Source: Bryobacteraceae bacterium
GTDB taxonomy: Bacteria; Acidobacteriota; Terriglobia; Bryobacterales; Bryobacteraceae
DNA length: 64,000 bases
Assembly (NCBI GenBank): GCA_036521975.1
Contig: DATDGT010000371.1
Location: 702 to 64,701 of the forward strand
Direction of reading: 5' to 3'
Position numbers and translations under genes: made by a program. Positions 47,020 to 56,457 of this stretch are shown piece after piece (position 1 is the stretch's first letter; the number at the start of each line of letters is the position of its first letter). Under the pieces are notes generated by a model. That model saw nothing but the letters and a program-made list of their open reading frames with translations, did no database searches and was not told where the DNA came from.

Positions 47020-48489
47020 ATGAATGCCGACTACCTTGCGTTCGATCTGGGCGCGGAAAGCGGGCGGGCCATGCTCGGGCGGCTGCGCTCGGGAATCCTG
47101 GATCTAACGGAGATCCACCGCTTCCCCAACCAGCCTCTCAGGGAAAACGGCTCGTTGCGCTGGAACGTTCGCGGCCTGTGGACCGAAATGCGGCGTAGTC
47201 TGGATGGTCTCGGAGATGTAGCCCTGGCGAGCATTGGTGTGGACGCGTGGGGCGTCGATTACGCTCTGATCGACGAGCGCGGCGAGCTGGTCGAGAATCC
47301 ATATCACTACCGCGATGCTCGCACTGAAGGAACAATGGAAGCGGTGTTCGAGCGCGTGCCGCGGGAGGCAATTTATTCGGCCACCGGCATCCAGTTTCTG
47401 CCGTTCAACACGCTCTACCAGCTTTACGCCGCTTGCCGGCTCGCGCCCGCGCTGATCCAGAAAGCAACAGCGCTCGAGACCATTCCAGATTTGATGAACT
47501 ACTGGCTCACGGGCAGATTGGCGTCCGAGTACACCAACGCAACCACTACTCAACTGGTGGAGGCGAGTACCCATTCTTGGGCTGCGGGCCTGCTCGCCAC
47601 CCTCGACCTTCCCGCCCGTTTATTGACTCCCATTGTGGAGCCGGGTACGGTGATCGGAACACTCTCACGCGAGGTTTCGGAAGCACGAACAGGCACGCCG
47701 GTCATCGCGCCGGCCTGCCACGATACTGGATCGGCGGTCGCGGCTGTTTCGCTAACCGGCAAGATCGCTTTCCTGAGCTCCGGCACGTGGTCGCTGTTGG
47801 GAGCCGAACTGCCCGGCCCCGTGATCACGCCGAAGGCTCGCGACTTGAACTTCACCAACGAAGGCGGAGTTTGCGGAACCACGCGGTTGCTGAAAAACAT
47901 CATGGGCCTGTGGCTGTTACAGTCGTGCCGAAACTGTTGGGCCGCCGAAGGACGCGCCTTCACCTACGAAGAGCTGCTGGAAGGAGCCCGCGGCCAAAAG
48001 GATGTGTTTCGATCGCTGTTCGATCCGGACGATCCCGCGTTCTTGAATCCCGGCGACATGCCGCTCGCCATCGCCCAGTACTGCATCCGCACCGGACAAC
48101 CAGCTCCTGATAGCGCCGCGCAGTTCACTCGGGCCATTCTCGAAAGTCTCGCGTTCAAGTATCGCGCTGTGCTCGAGTCGCTGGAAGATCTGACGGGAAT
48201 CCGCTTCGAGGAAATTCGCGTGATCGGCGGCGGATCCAAAAACCGCCTGCTCAATCAGCTCACCGCGGATGCCACCGGGCGTCGAGTGATCGCCGGGCCC
48301 GCGGAAGCCACCGCTCTCGGGAATATCGCGGTGCAAATGCTCGCAACCGGCGCGGTGCCCACGCTAGCAGAGGCGCGTGAAGCAATCGGCCGGTCGTTCG
48401 CGACGGAGCGCTTTAACCCTGGGGAAACGGATCGCTGGGACGCACACTATCCCCGTTTTCGAGATTATATGAGATATGCCCGTACTTGA
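47020..48489 (+). CDS. rhaB: rhamnulokinase (FGGY family)
   Basis: The start is set at the ATG at 47020. It has MNADYLAFDLGAESGRAMLG...EIHRFPN...WNV and GVDAWGVDY. Confidence 0.8.
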   Translation: MNADYLAFDLGAESGRAMLGRLRSGILDLTEIHRFPNQPLRENGSLRWNVRGLWTEMRRSLDGLGDVALASIGVDAWGVDYALIDERGELVENPYHYRDARTEGTMEAVFERVPREAIYSATGIQFLPFNTLYQLYAACRLAPALIQKATALETIPDLMNYWLTGRLASEYTNATTTQLVEASTHSWAAGLLATLDLPARLLTPIVEPGTVIGTLSREVSEARTGTPVIAPACHDTGSAVAAVSLTGKIAFLSSGTWSLLGAELPGPVITPKARDLNFTNEGGVCGTTRLLKNIMGLWLLQSCRNCWAAEGRAFTYEELLEGARGQKDVFRSLFDPDDPAFLNPGDMPLAIAQYCIRTGQPAPDSAAQFTRAILESLAFKYRAVLESLEDLTGIRFEEIRVIGGGSKNRLLNQLTADATGRRVIAGPAEATALGNIAVQMLATGAVPTLAEAREAIGRSFATERFNPGETDRWDAHYPRFRDYMRYART

Positions 48490-50764
48490 AAACCCGACGG
48501 CCGAAACCAAGCTGCTCAAAAACCTGTGGGACTTGGCTGTCGCGGACGGGCTCGACGGCAAGCCGCTAGAATACCTGCAATATCGATCGAACCTGCTGGG
48601 CGCGGATCTCCGCATTACTAACTTCGGCGGCGGCAATACTAGCTCGAAATTCGAGCTGCCCGATCCGCTTACGGGAAAACCCGTCCGGGTTTTGGCCGTC
48701 AAAGGAAGCGGCGGCGACTTGCGCTCGATCGGCCCGGGTGGGTTCGCGCTTCTTTACCTGGAAAAGCTCGAACAGCTCGCCGCGCGCTACCGGGGCGAGG
48801 AGCACGAAAAGCGCACAGCGAATGCGTTGTGCGCTTTAGAGGAAGATGAAATGGTAGCGTACTATCCTCTGTGTGCCTTCGGCGAGAATCGCGTGGCGGC
48901 TTCCATCGATACGCCGCTTCACGCCTTTCTGCCGTTTCCCCACGTGGATCATTTGCATCCCGATTGGTGCATCGCGCTGGCGGCCAGCGCCAATGGCAAG
49001 AGGAAGCTGAACGAGTTCAACACGCTTTACGGACGGCGTATCGTCTGGCTGCCTTGGCAGCGGCCCGGCTTCGAGCTTGCGATGATGCTCGGTCGCGCGG
49101 TGAAGGAAAATCCGGATTGCGACGGAATTCTGCTCGGAAGCCATGGATTGTTTACCTGGGGCGGAACGCAGCGCCAATGCTACGAGAACAGCATTCTGAC
49201 TATCGATCAGATGGGCGCGTTTATTCAGGAGCACACGCGCGGCCGGCCCGCATTCGGCGGCCCAGCCGTATTGAGCGCCGCTAATCGTGACGATTCCGTC
49301 GCGGCGATTCTTCCATATCTCCGAGGCGCCGTATCATCCAATCGCAGGGTGATCGCGCATTACGAGGATTCGGAAGACGCTCTCGAGTTTGCGAATTCAA
49401 ATTGGGCCGAGCCGTTATGCGCACTGGGTACAAGCTGTCCCGATCATTTCCTGCGCACCCGCATCTGCCCGCTGTTCGTCCCCTGGGATCCGGCGAGCGA
49501 TGGACTACACCAGCTCGAAGAGCGCATTCGCGACGGCGTTATCCAATATCGCGGGGCCTACCAGGATTACTACCGGGCGAACGCGCTCCCCGGTTCACCT
49601 CCCCTGCGAGACTCGAATCCATCCGTGGTGGTGATCGCGGGGTTGGGCATCTTCGGGTTTGGAAAGGATAAACGAGAGGCGCGCATCACTACCGAATTTT
49701 TTCTCAACGCGATCCACGTAATGGCCGGAGCGAACGCCCTGGAAGACGCGGAATCTTCTGCCGATACCGCGGAACATGCTACCAATGCCGTCGGCATACC
49801 GCAGGCCCGCCGGCCCGGGCAGGCTCGCCATTTTTTCAGCTTCCACAACTACGTCGCGCTCCCCCGGCCCGAGGCGTTTCGCATCGAGTATTGGGCGCTC
49901 GAAGACGCCAAACTCCGGCGGATGCCTCCTGAGCGCGAGTTCAGCCGCAGGACCTTCGTCGTGGTCGGCGGCGGCAGCGGCATTGGCCGCGAGGTCGCGC
50001 TGTTAGTCGCACGCAAGGGCGGCCATGTGGTGATTGCGGATCGGGACCTCGCGAGCGCCGAGGCGGTCTCGAAGGAAGCCGCCGCTCTCAGTTCTCGGGA
50101 AATGACACTCGCGCGTGCCGTGGATCTCGCATCCCAACAGAGCATCTCCGCGGCGCTCCGAGCCGCGGTCCTGGAATTCGGTGGTGTCGACGCCATCGTC
50201 AATACAGCCGCCATTTATCCCACTCCTCAAGCAGGCGTGCCGGTCGAGGCGACGTGGACCTACGCCTTCGACATTAATGTAACGGGCAATTTCCTTCTCG
50301 CAGAGGAAGCAGCCGCAATTCTGAAGTCGCAGAACCTGCCGGCATCGATGGTGTTCACCAGCTCCGCCAACGCGGTCGTGCCCAAGCACGGCAGCGAGCT
50401 CTACGATTCGAGCAAAGCAGCCGTCAGTCACCTGATACGGGAGCTCGCCATCGGCCTGGGCCCCTTGGTGCGCGTAAACGGTATCGCTCCGGCCACCGTC
50501 GTCGCAGGCTCGTCCATGTTTCCGCGCGATCGCGTGATCGCTTCACTGCGCAAGTACGGAATCGAATTCGCCGAATCGGATTCCACCGAGGCACTGCGCG
50601 ACAAGCTCGCGGAATTCTACGCCCGGCGCACGATTACACGCCTGCCGATCCTCCCCTCCGATTGCGCCAACGCCATCTGCTGGCTCGCGAGCGATGAGAG
50701 TGCGAAGACCACCGGCCATATTATTCCGGTGGATGGAGGATTGCCGGAGGCATTTCTCAGATGA
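48476..50764 (+). CDS. bifunctional rhamnulose-1-phosphate aldolase / short-chain dehydrogenase
   Basis: 762-aa ORF with YRSNLLGADLRITNFGGGNTS, SIDTPLHAFLPFPHVDHLHPD and a C-terminal SDR domain (VVGGGSGIGREVA). It carries hairpin element copy B in frame. Confidence 0.8.
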   Translation: MPVLENPTAETKLLKNLWDLAVADGLDGKPLEYLQYRSNLLGADLRITNFGGGNTSSKFELPDPLTGKPVRVLAVKGSGGDLRSIGPGGFALLYLEKLEQLAARYRGEEHEKRTANALCALEEDEMVAYYPLCAFGENRVAASIDTPLHAFLPFPHVDHLHPDWCIALAASANGKRKLNEFNTLYGRRIVWLPWQRPGFELAMMLGRAVKENPDCDGILLGSHGLFTWGGTQRQCYENSILTIDQMGAFIQEHTRGRPAFGGPAVLSAANRDDSVAAILPYLRGAVSSNRRVIAHYEDSEDALEFANSNWAEPLCALGTSCPDHFLRTRICPLFVPWDPASDGLHQLEERIRDGVIQYRGAYQDYYRANALPGSPPLRDSNPSVVVIAGLGIFGFGKDKREARITTEFFLNAIHVMAGANALEDAESSADTAEHATNAVGIPQARRPGQARHFFSFHNYVALPRPEAFRIEYWALEDAKLRRMPPEREFSRRTFVVVGGGSGIGREVALLVARKGGHVVIADRDLASAEAVSKEAAALSSREMTLARAVDLASQQSISAALRAAVLEFGGVDAIVNTAAIYPTPQAGVPVEATWTYAFDINVTGNFLLAEEAAAILKSQNLPASMVFTSSANAVVPKHGSELYDSSKAAVSHLIRELAIGLGPLVRVNGIAPATVVAGSSMFPRDRVIASLRKYGIEFAESDSTEALRDKLAEFYARRTITRLPILPSDCANAICWLASDESAKTTGHIIPVDGGLPEAFLR
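48811..48839 (+). repeat. 29-bp hairpin element, copy B (inside a CDS, in frame)
   Basis: The sequence is GCGCACAGCGAATGCGTTGTGCGC+TTTAG. It is translated as K-RTANALCAL-E. Confidence 0.85.
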
Positions 50765-50788
50765 GGTGCCCGAGATGAGGTGCTCGAC

Positions 50789-53130
50789 ATGATACAGAAG
50801 CTTCCGATCCCGATGCTCCTGCTGGCTCCCCTGCTGGCCCAGCCCCAGCCCGCGGACTTCGACCCTGCCGTCTTCAAGACTCCACCGGCGCAATACCGCG
50901 GACACGCCATGTGGAGCTTCCCCCTGAGCACTCTGAACGAGAACTACGTGACTTCCGGCATCGATGAAATGGCCCGGTTAAATTACGGCGGATTCTTTAT
51001 CGAGGCGGGAGGCGGCCCCACCACCGGTCTTTCGGACGCGTATCTCAAACTGTTCCGGCGCGGGCCTGCCGACGACCGGGGTGTCGTGTTCCTTAGCGAC
51101 GAATACTTCCGCTTTTACAAGCTGGCGATGGAAGAGGCGAAAAAGCACGGAATGCAGGTGGTGCTGTACGACGATTATGCGTTCCCCACCGGAACCGTCG
51201 GCGGACAGATGTACTCGAAGTATCCACAGCACATGGCGAAAAGCCTGGAAATGACCGAGCGGGATGTCACCGGCCCCACAAAAGTGGAACTGCTTATTCC
51301 GGAGGGGATTACCATCGGCGCCGTCATGATGAACCGCGACACATTCGAGCTGGTGGATATCAGCGGGCACACCAGCCAGCCGCAGGGGACGCAGAATCGC
51401 ATCGTCACCCAGACGCCCAAGGGGAACTGGAAGGTGATGGCTTTTTACCTCACCGAGGGCAAATCGCGCGTCGTCGATTATCTGGATGAGAAGGCCATGG
51501 AAGCGTTCATGTCCCTGACCTACCAGAAATACGAAGCGAACTTGGAAAGCTATTTCGGGAACCTGATTAAAGAAACGTTCTACGACGAGCCCGCCCTGCA
51601 CCATGCCGACCGCATGTGGACACCCACGTTCAACGCCACGTTCCAGAAGCTTCACGGCTACTCCCCGATGAAGTATTATCCGGCGCTGTGGTACGACATC
51701 GGGCCTCAGACCGCCGCCGCGCGAAACGCGCTGTGGGGACATCGAGCCGAGCTTTTCGCCACGAATTTTATTAAGCGCCTGAACGATTGGTGCGCCGCGC
51801 GCGGTCTCCAATTCGGCGGACATCTGGATCAGGAAGAGCCGGTCAATCCGGTTTCTGTTACCGGGGATCTGATGAAGGTTTTCGAACACCAGACGCTTCC
51901 TACAATCGATGACATCTGGTGGTACGGGCGCTCCAATGTATCGTACAAAATCGTAACGTCCGCGGCCTTCAACTATGACCACCCGATCGCGCGGGCGGAG
52001 ACCTACGCTGCCTATCGCGGTCTCACCGACAAGATGGCGTTCCAGGTGGCCATGGATCAGTATGCGATGGGCATCAACGAACGATTCCGGCTCGCACCGA
52101 GCAGCCCAAGCGCGCCGAACTGAACGATTATGTCGGCCGTCTGAGCTATCTGCTTCAGCACGGGCGCCACGTGGCGGATGTGGCAGTGCTGTATCCGATC
52201 GCGTCGCTCGAGGCCGCCTACCATAATGTTGGGGGCCGTCAGTTCCCGCTCGCACCTAATGAACAGCCCCCGCAGATCACCGAAATCGCTTACGCCCGAG
52301 AGGGCGGCCCCTGGCCTCCCGAGGCGAACTACCAGGACGTCGGAGAAGCTCTGTTCCGCGGTCTGCGCGTCGACTATACGTATCTGCACCCCGAAGTTTT
52401 TGTCAGCCGAACCACGATCGAGAACAAGCGTCTGATCTTGAACAACCGCGAAAATCGTGAGGAATTCCGCGTGCTGATTCTGCCGGGAGGCCGCGTGTTG
52501 CCGGCCGCCGCCGCCTCGAAGATCAAGGATTTCTACGATCAGGGCGGCATGGTGATCGCCACCGGCATGTTGCCCACGCAAGCGGCGGAGTTTGGGAAGG
52601 ATAAGGAAGTGCAGCGGGCGATGTCTGACGTATTCGGGGTTTCCCCGGACGGCGCGGTGAACGCCGACGTGCGGCGAGCGCAGGATCGCCAGAATTACTA
52701 CGTCTTCTGGTACTTGATCAAGAAGAATCAGGCAGGCGGGACGGCCATGTTCATCCAGCAGCCCCATCCTTGGCTGTTGGATTTCGCGTTCAAGCAAGTC
52801 CTCCCGGTGCGCGACGTCGGTTTTGACGCGGACTTTCAGGGGGCGATGACACCGCCCAAACACGGACCGGATTACGATGGCGCGGTCACTTATATTCACA
52901 AGGTGAAAGGCGGCCGGGATATTTATTTCTTCGCCAACTCGACGGCGAAATCGATCGATACGAGGGTGGTCCTGCGAGGCGACAAAACACTGACGATCTG
53001 GAATCCTCATACCGGCGAGCAGGAGCGGGCGGAATTCGCCCCTGGGGAGACAAACGGGCAACAGATCACAACGCTGCGCGTGGTGCTGCCGCCCGTCTCT
53101 TCCCTTTTCTTCGTGGGGACGGGGAACTAA
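50789..53130 (+). pseudogene. secreted glycoside hydrolase (GH106-like?) split by a frameshift near 52075-52100
   Basis: ORF 50780-52123 ends ...AMGINERFRLAPSSPSAPN*. The frame of ORF 52171-53130 is already open from ~52063 and reads ...IPARTEQPKRAELNDYVGRLSYLLQHGRHVADVAVLYP. Confidence 0.6.
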
Positions 53131-53265
53131 AGGACGCGCTGGGGCGCAGATTCTTGAGCGGACGATTTGTAGCCCCAGCCGAACAGAAGACGATGATGGC
53201 ACATAACGGCGAGATTCCTTCCCCTGTGAGACGAAACGTTCGTCGTTGCTGCATATACTAAATGA

Positions 53266-53460
53266 CTTGAGTGCGCCCACCGGGAGACGGATGCGGCTCG
53301 GGTAGCACGGAACCGCGAAGCGCTTTTCGATGTGCATGCCCGCGCGCTGGCTTGGCTGGAAGACTACACAGAGATCCCCTATCCCTGGGGCAAATTCGAT
53401 TTCGCGCTCATCCCTTCATTTGGGCCGTCCATGGCGCAACCAGAACTCGGCCGTTTTTGA
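53266..53460 (+). pseudogene. relic fragment of an M1-family aminopeptidase
   Basis: ALFDVHARALAWLEDYTEIPYPWGKFDFALIPSFG resembles the region just upstream of the GAMEN motif in aminopeptidase N. It is only ~60 codons between stops. Confidence 0.4.
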
Positions 53461-53508
53461 AATAGTCCGGCAACTCGAGAGAAGTGAGTCCACGGAGATC
53501 CTGAGGTT

Positions 53509-54768
53509 CTATTTCCGGGCTCCGGCCGCTGTGCTCGATTTTCTGTTTATCGCGGCGCGGCATTCAGTCTCGCCCGTTTCGATCCGGTCCCGCAGGTACC
53601 GAATGATCCCCGAGTCACCGTGTCTCCGATTAAGGTGCACGCGCATCGCGGTCCAGTGCGCCAGGGCACCTTCGTAGCGGCCTTCAATCATCGCGACCCG
53701 AGCCTCGATGCCTTCTGTGCTTTCCACCGCGGTTGGTCTGCCAAACTTACGCGCGCGTTCCATCCACACCCGAGCCTGCGCCGGGTTATTTCGCGTGCTC
53801 GCGCTCGCCGCGGCCGCGACCTGGCAGGCTGAACGTTTCAGCGCTTTGCTCCGTCCATACCCCGCGGACGCGAGGAATTTCTCCAAATACTCCAGGGCTC
53901 CAATCTCATTACCTTCGTCCACGCGCCAATACCACGCATAAATCTGAACCAAGGTGTAGAACGCCTCACGCTCTGTTGTGTCCAAGGTCTCGTGCATCAG
54001 CTTCCCATCCCAGTCGCGCGGCCTGATTCCTTTCATCTCGGCTGCCCTTAAGGCCAGAAAGTTCATCAACCGCCGGGCGAATTCCGGCTTTCGCCAGAGC
54101 TGCCAAAGCACTAAACCGTCCGACATCATGCCCTGTACCGAATATGGCGTCACGGAAGCAACAATGAACACCATCGACGCCCACAGCAAGGTGCGGCTCC
54201 AATCTCCTGCCCCATCGCCCGAGCGATGTACAGCCAGCCAGCACACTGCTGTCAGCAGGAAGCTAGCGATAGGGCCGCCCGCGACGGACCAGGCCAACCG
54301 GGATTGTGGAAACTCGTGCGATGCCGGCAGCGGCACCACGAATCCGCCGAGATTCAGCAGCCACCGGAGGCTGAATCGGAACATCCAGCGACCGCCGGAC
54401 CGGATCAGCATGAATCCCCCGATACACAACCCGCCAACATCTAGTCCGGCTAGCTTCCCCGTCACGGCATGCCCCAGCTCGTGGATGACCAGCCCCAGGT
54501 ACAGCGCAGGCAGTAGATACGCGAGCTCATTGTGCGAAGGTGGCGGGCCCCAGTAAGAAAACAGCAAGCCCACTGAGCCCAGCAGCGCATAGTTACGCCA
54601 AACGCTCCACGGCCGCGAACGAGGTTTTGGCAGATCCTGTTCCAGGTCGAAGATCGGAGTGGCGGACACGCCCAGAAGTATATCGCTATCCCAAAGATGA
54701 ATCAGCAGCGCGCCGCCATCACGCCGGCCGTGGTACAGCGTTCGCGGCCCTACGCCCCATTGCGACAA
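53509..54768 (-). CDS. membrane metallopeptidase-like protein (HELGH; M50-like) with a helical-repeat C-terminal region
   Basis: 419-aa ORF with LGLVIHELGHAVTG in a TM context. The start is uncertain because it overlaps the upstream gene. Confidence 0.45.
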   Translation of the reverse strand: MSQWGVGPRTLYHGRRDGGALLIHLWDSDILLGVSATPIFDLEQDLPKPRSRPWSVWRNYALLGSVGLLFSYWGPPPSHNELAYLLPALYLGLVIHELGHAVTGKLAGLDVGGLCIGGFMLIRSGGRWMFRFSLRWLLNLGGFVVPLPASHEFPQSRLAWSVAGGPIASFLLTAVCWLAVHRSGDGAGDWSRTLLWASMVFIVASVTPYSVQGMMSDGLVLWQLWRKPEFARRLMNFLALRAAEMKGIRPRDWDGKLMHETLDTTEREAFYTLVQIYAWYWRVDEGNEIGALEYLEKFLASAGYGRSKALKRSACQVAAAASASTRNNPAQARVWMERARKFGRPTAVESTEGIEARVAMIEGRYEGALAHWTAMRVHLNRRHGDSGIIRYLRDRIETGETECRAAINRKSSTAAGARK

Positions 54769-55086
54769 AGCCGCCCGCTGCCCCGCCGAGCACTTTTAGT
54801 ACGTGGGCAACGAGGTAGGCAAGCGGCTCGGGCCGCCCAAAGCTCATTCCGAGATAAATCAGCATCGCCACCACGCCAACGAGCGTGCCGCGAAGCACAC
54901 GCCGCTGTAATGCTTTCCGAGCGACGAGCATTCCGAACACGAACGTTGCCGCGAACGACGCTGGCGCGCACTGTAGAGAAGACTCTCTTGTCCGGCCAGC
55001 AAACTCAGCGGTATGACGATCAAGAAAACTGCGAGCTCCGCGAGAAAGCCACCCAACAAAATGCAGCCCCAACGAATGCCTTTCAT
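54719..55086 (-). pseudogene. small four-TM membrane protein with an apparent frameshift near 54955-54975
   Basis: The frame from ATG 55086 gives MKGIRWGCILLGGFLAELAVFLIVIPLSLLAGQESLLYSA. A second frame continues PASFAATFVFGMLVARKAL...LAYLVAHVLKVLGGAAGGF. Confidence 0.4.
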
Positions 55087-55331
55087 TCCATCCTCCCGTG
55101 CCCACGCGCGGAAAAGCGCCCGGCGGAAAGCCCCGGATGGCGCATCCTTCCAGGTCCCCCACTCCTTAGGGGGCATTGTAACGCCGCAGACGTGGCCACT
55201 AGGGATTACGAAAACGTTCGAGGCAGACGTCGGCCTTCAGGGCTCCAAAACCAGCATGCGACATGGGGGTGCTCCACGGGGTTGACTTCGCGCGAGGATT
55301 TGATCGATAATCGATATATCGATCTTCGCCT

Positions 55332-55682
55332 ATGCCAAAACGGAAACTCGATCCTTTACCTTCGGCTGCCTTTCACATTTTGCTCGCGCTCGCCGGTGAA
55401 GACCTTCACGGTTACGCAATTATGCGCCAAGTAGAGCAACAGACAAACGGTCGCGTGCGCTTGGGGCCGGGAACGTTGTACGGTTCTCTCAGATCTTTAC
55501 TCGAAGCGCGTCTCATTGAGGAGCTTGATGACCGCCCGGATGAGGGCGGGAACGGCGAACGCCGCCGGTATTACCATCTAACGTCGGCCGGGCTGAAAAT
55601 CGCGCGGTCGGAGGCTGAAAAACTGGCGGAGACGCTCCGAATTGCGCGAGCTAAACGGGTCCTGAAAGGAGTCCATGTCTGA
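55332..55682 (+). CDS. PadR-family transcriptional regulator
   Basis: 116-aa ORF with FHILLALAGEDLHGYAIMRQVEQQTNGRVRLGPGTLYGSLRSL. Confidence 0.85.
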   Translation: MPKRKLDPLPSAAFHILLALAGEDLHGYAIMRQVEQQTNGRVRLGPGTLYGSLRSLLEARLIEELDDRPDEGGNGERRRYYHLTSAGLKIARSEAEKLAETLRIARAKRVLKGVHV

Positions 55683-56334
55683 GAAGATCTACGCCTGGAT
55701 GCTGAAGCTGTATCCGGCCCAGTTTCGCCAGAAATACGAAGTGTCCGCGATGCAACTGTTCCGCGACCGGCTCAGGGCGGAACGCGGCTTCTCCCGAAGG
55801 TTGCGGTTCTGGCTCGATGTGATCGCCGACCTTATCGTCTCCCTTCCACGGGAGCACTGGCGTCAAACGACCCTTCGTCCCTCCGCAGCGGTCGTCATGA
55901 CGAGAAGCGGATTTAAGCGATATATTACGCAATCGCGGAGGGCCATCTTTTTCGCCCGATATGAAGCCAGCCATGCCGGCAGCGTCTTCATCGAGCCCGA
56001 GCATCTTCTGCTCGGGATACTTCGCTCAGACGAGGACTTGGCGATACGCCTCTTCAAGACTAAGGAGAACATCGAATCGATTGTGAGGCAGGTCCGGGCG
56101 ACGTTCTCACTTCGAAGGAAGGTCCCCACCTCGGGGGATCTCCCTCTTAGCTTCGAGTGCAAGAGGATACTCGCCTACGGCGCTGACGAAGCCGAGCGTC
56201 GACACGCCCGGCATATCGAACCCCAGCACATTCTGTTGGGACTGCTACGGGACGAAAGAAGCGCAACTGCGAAGATCATGCTTGAGCATGGAGTTGTACC
56301 GTCGTTTCTGGAGAATAGATCCGATCAAAGTTAG
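55675..56334 (+). CDS. protein with a 'permease-prefix'-type N-terminus and a double Clp_N repeat
   Basis: It overlaps padR by 8 bp. The N-terminus is LKLYPAQFRQKYEVSAMQLFRD. It then has EPEHLLLGILRSD and EPQHILLGLLRDE (Clp N-domain repeats). Confidence 0.6.
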   Translation: MSEKIYAWMLKLYPAQFRQKYEVSAMQLFRDRLRAERGFSRRLRFWLDVIADLIVSLPREHWRQTTLRPSAAVVMTRSGFKRYITQSRRAIFFARYEASHAGSVFIEPEHLLLGILRSDEDLAIRLFKTKENIESIVRQVRATFSLRRKVPTSGDLPLSFECKRILAYGADEAERRHARHIEPQHILLGLLRDERSATAKIMLEHGVVPSFLENRSDQS

Positions 56335-56457
56335 AACCGTTGACAATGCGGCAGCCTAGTCCGAAGTTCCCAATACAAAGGTCGCGGCTTCGAGGCCCAA
56401 GCCAGGTAGTTCGGGATCGTGGGTTCGATGTAGACCTTGGCTGGCACTCGCATGGAA

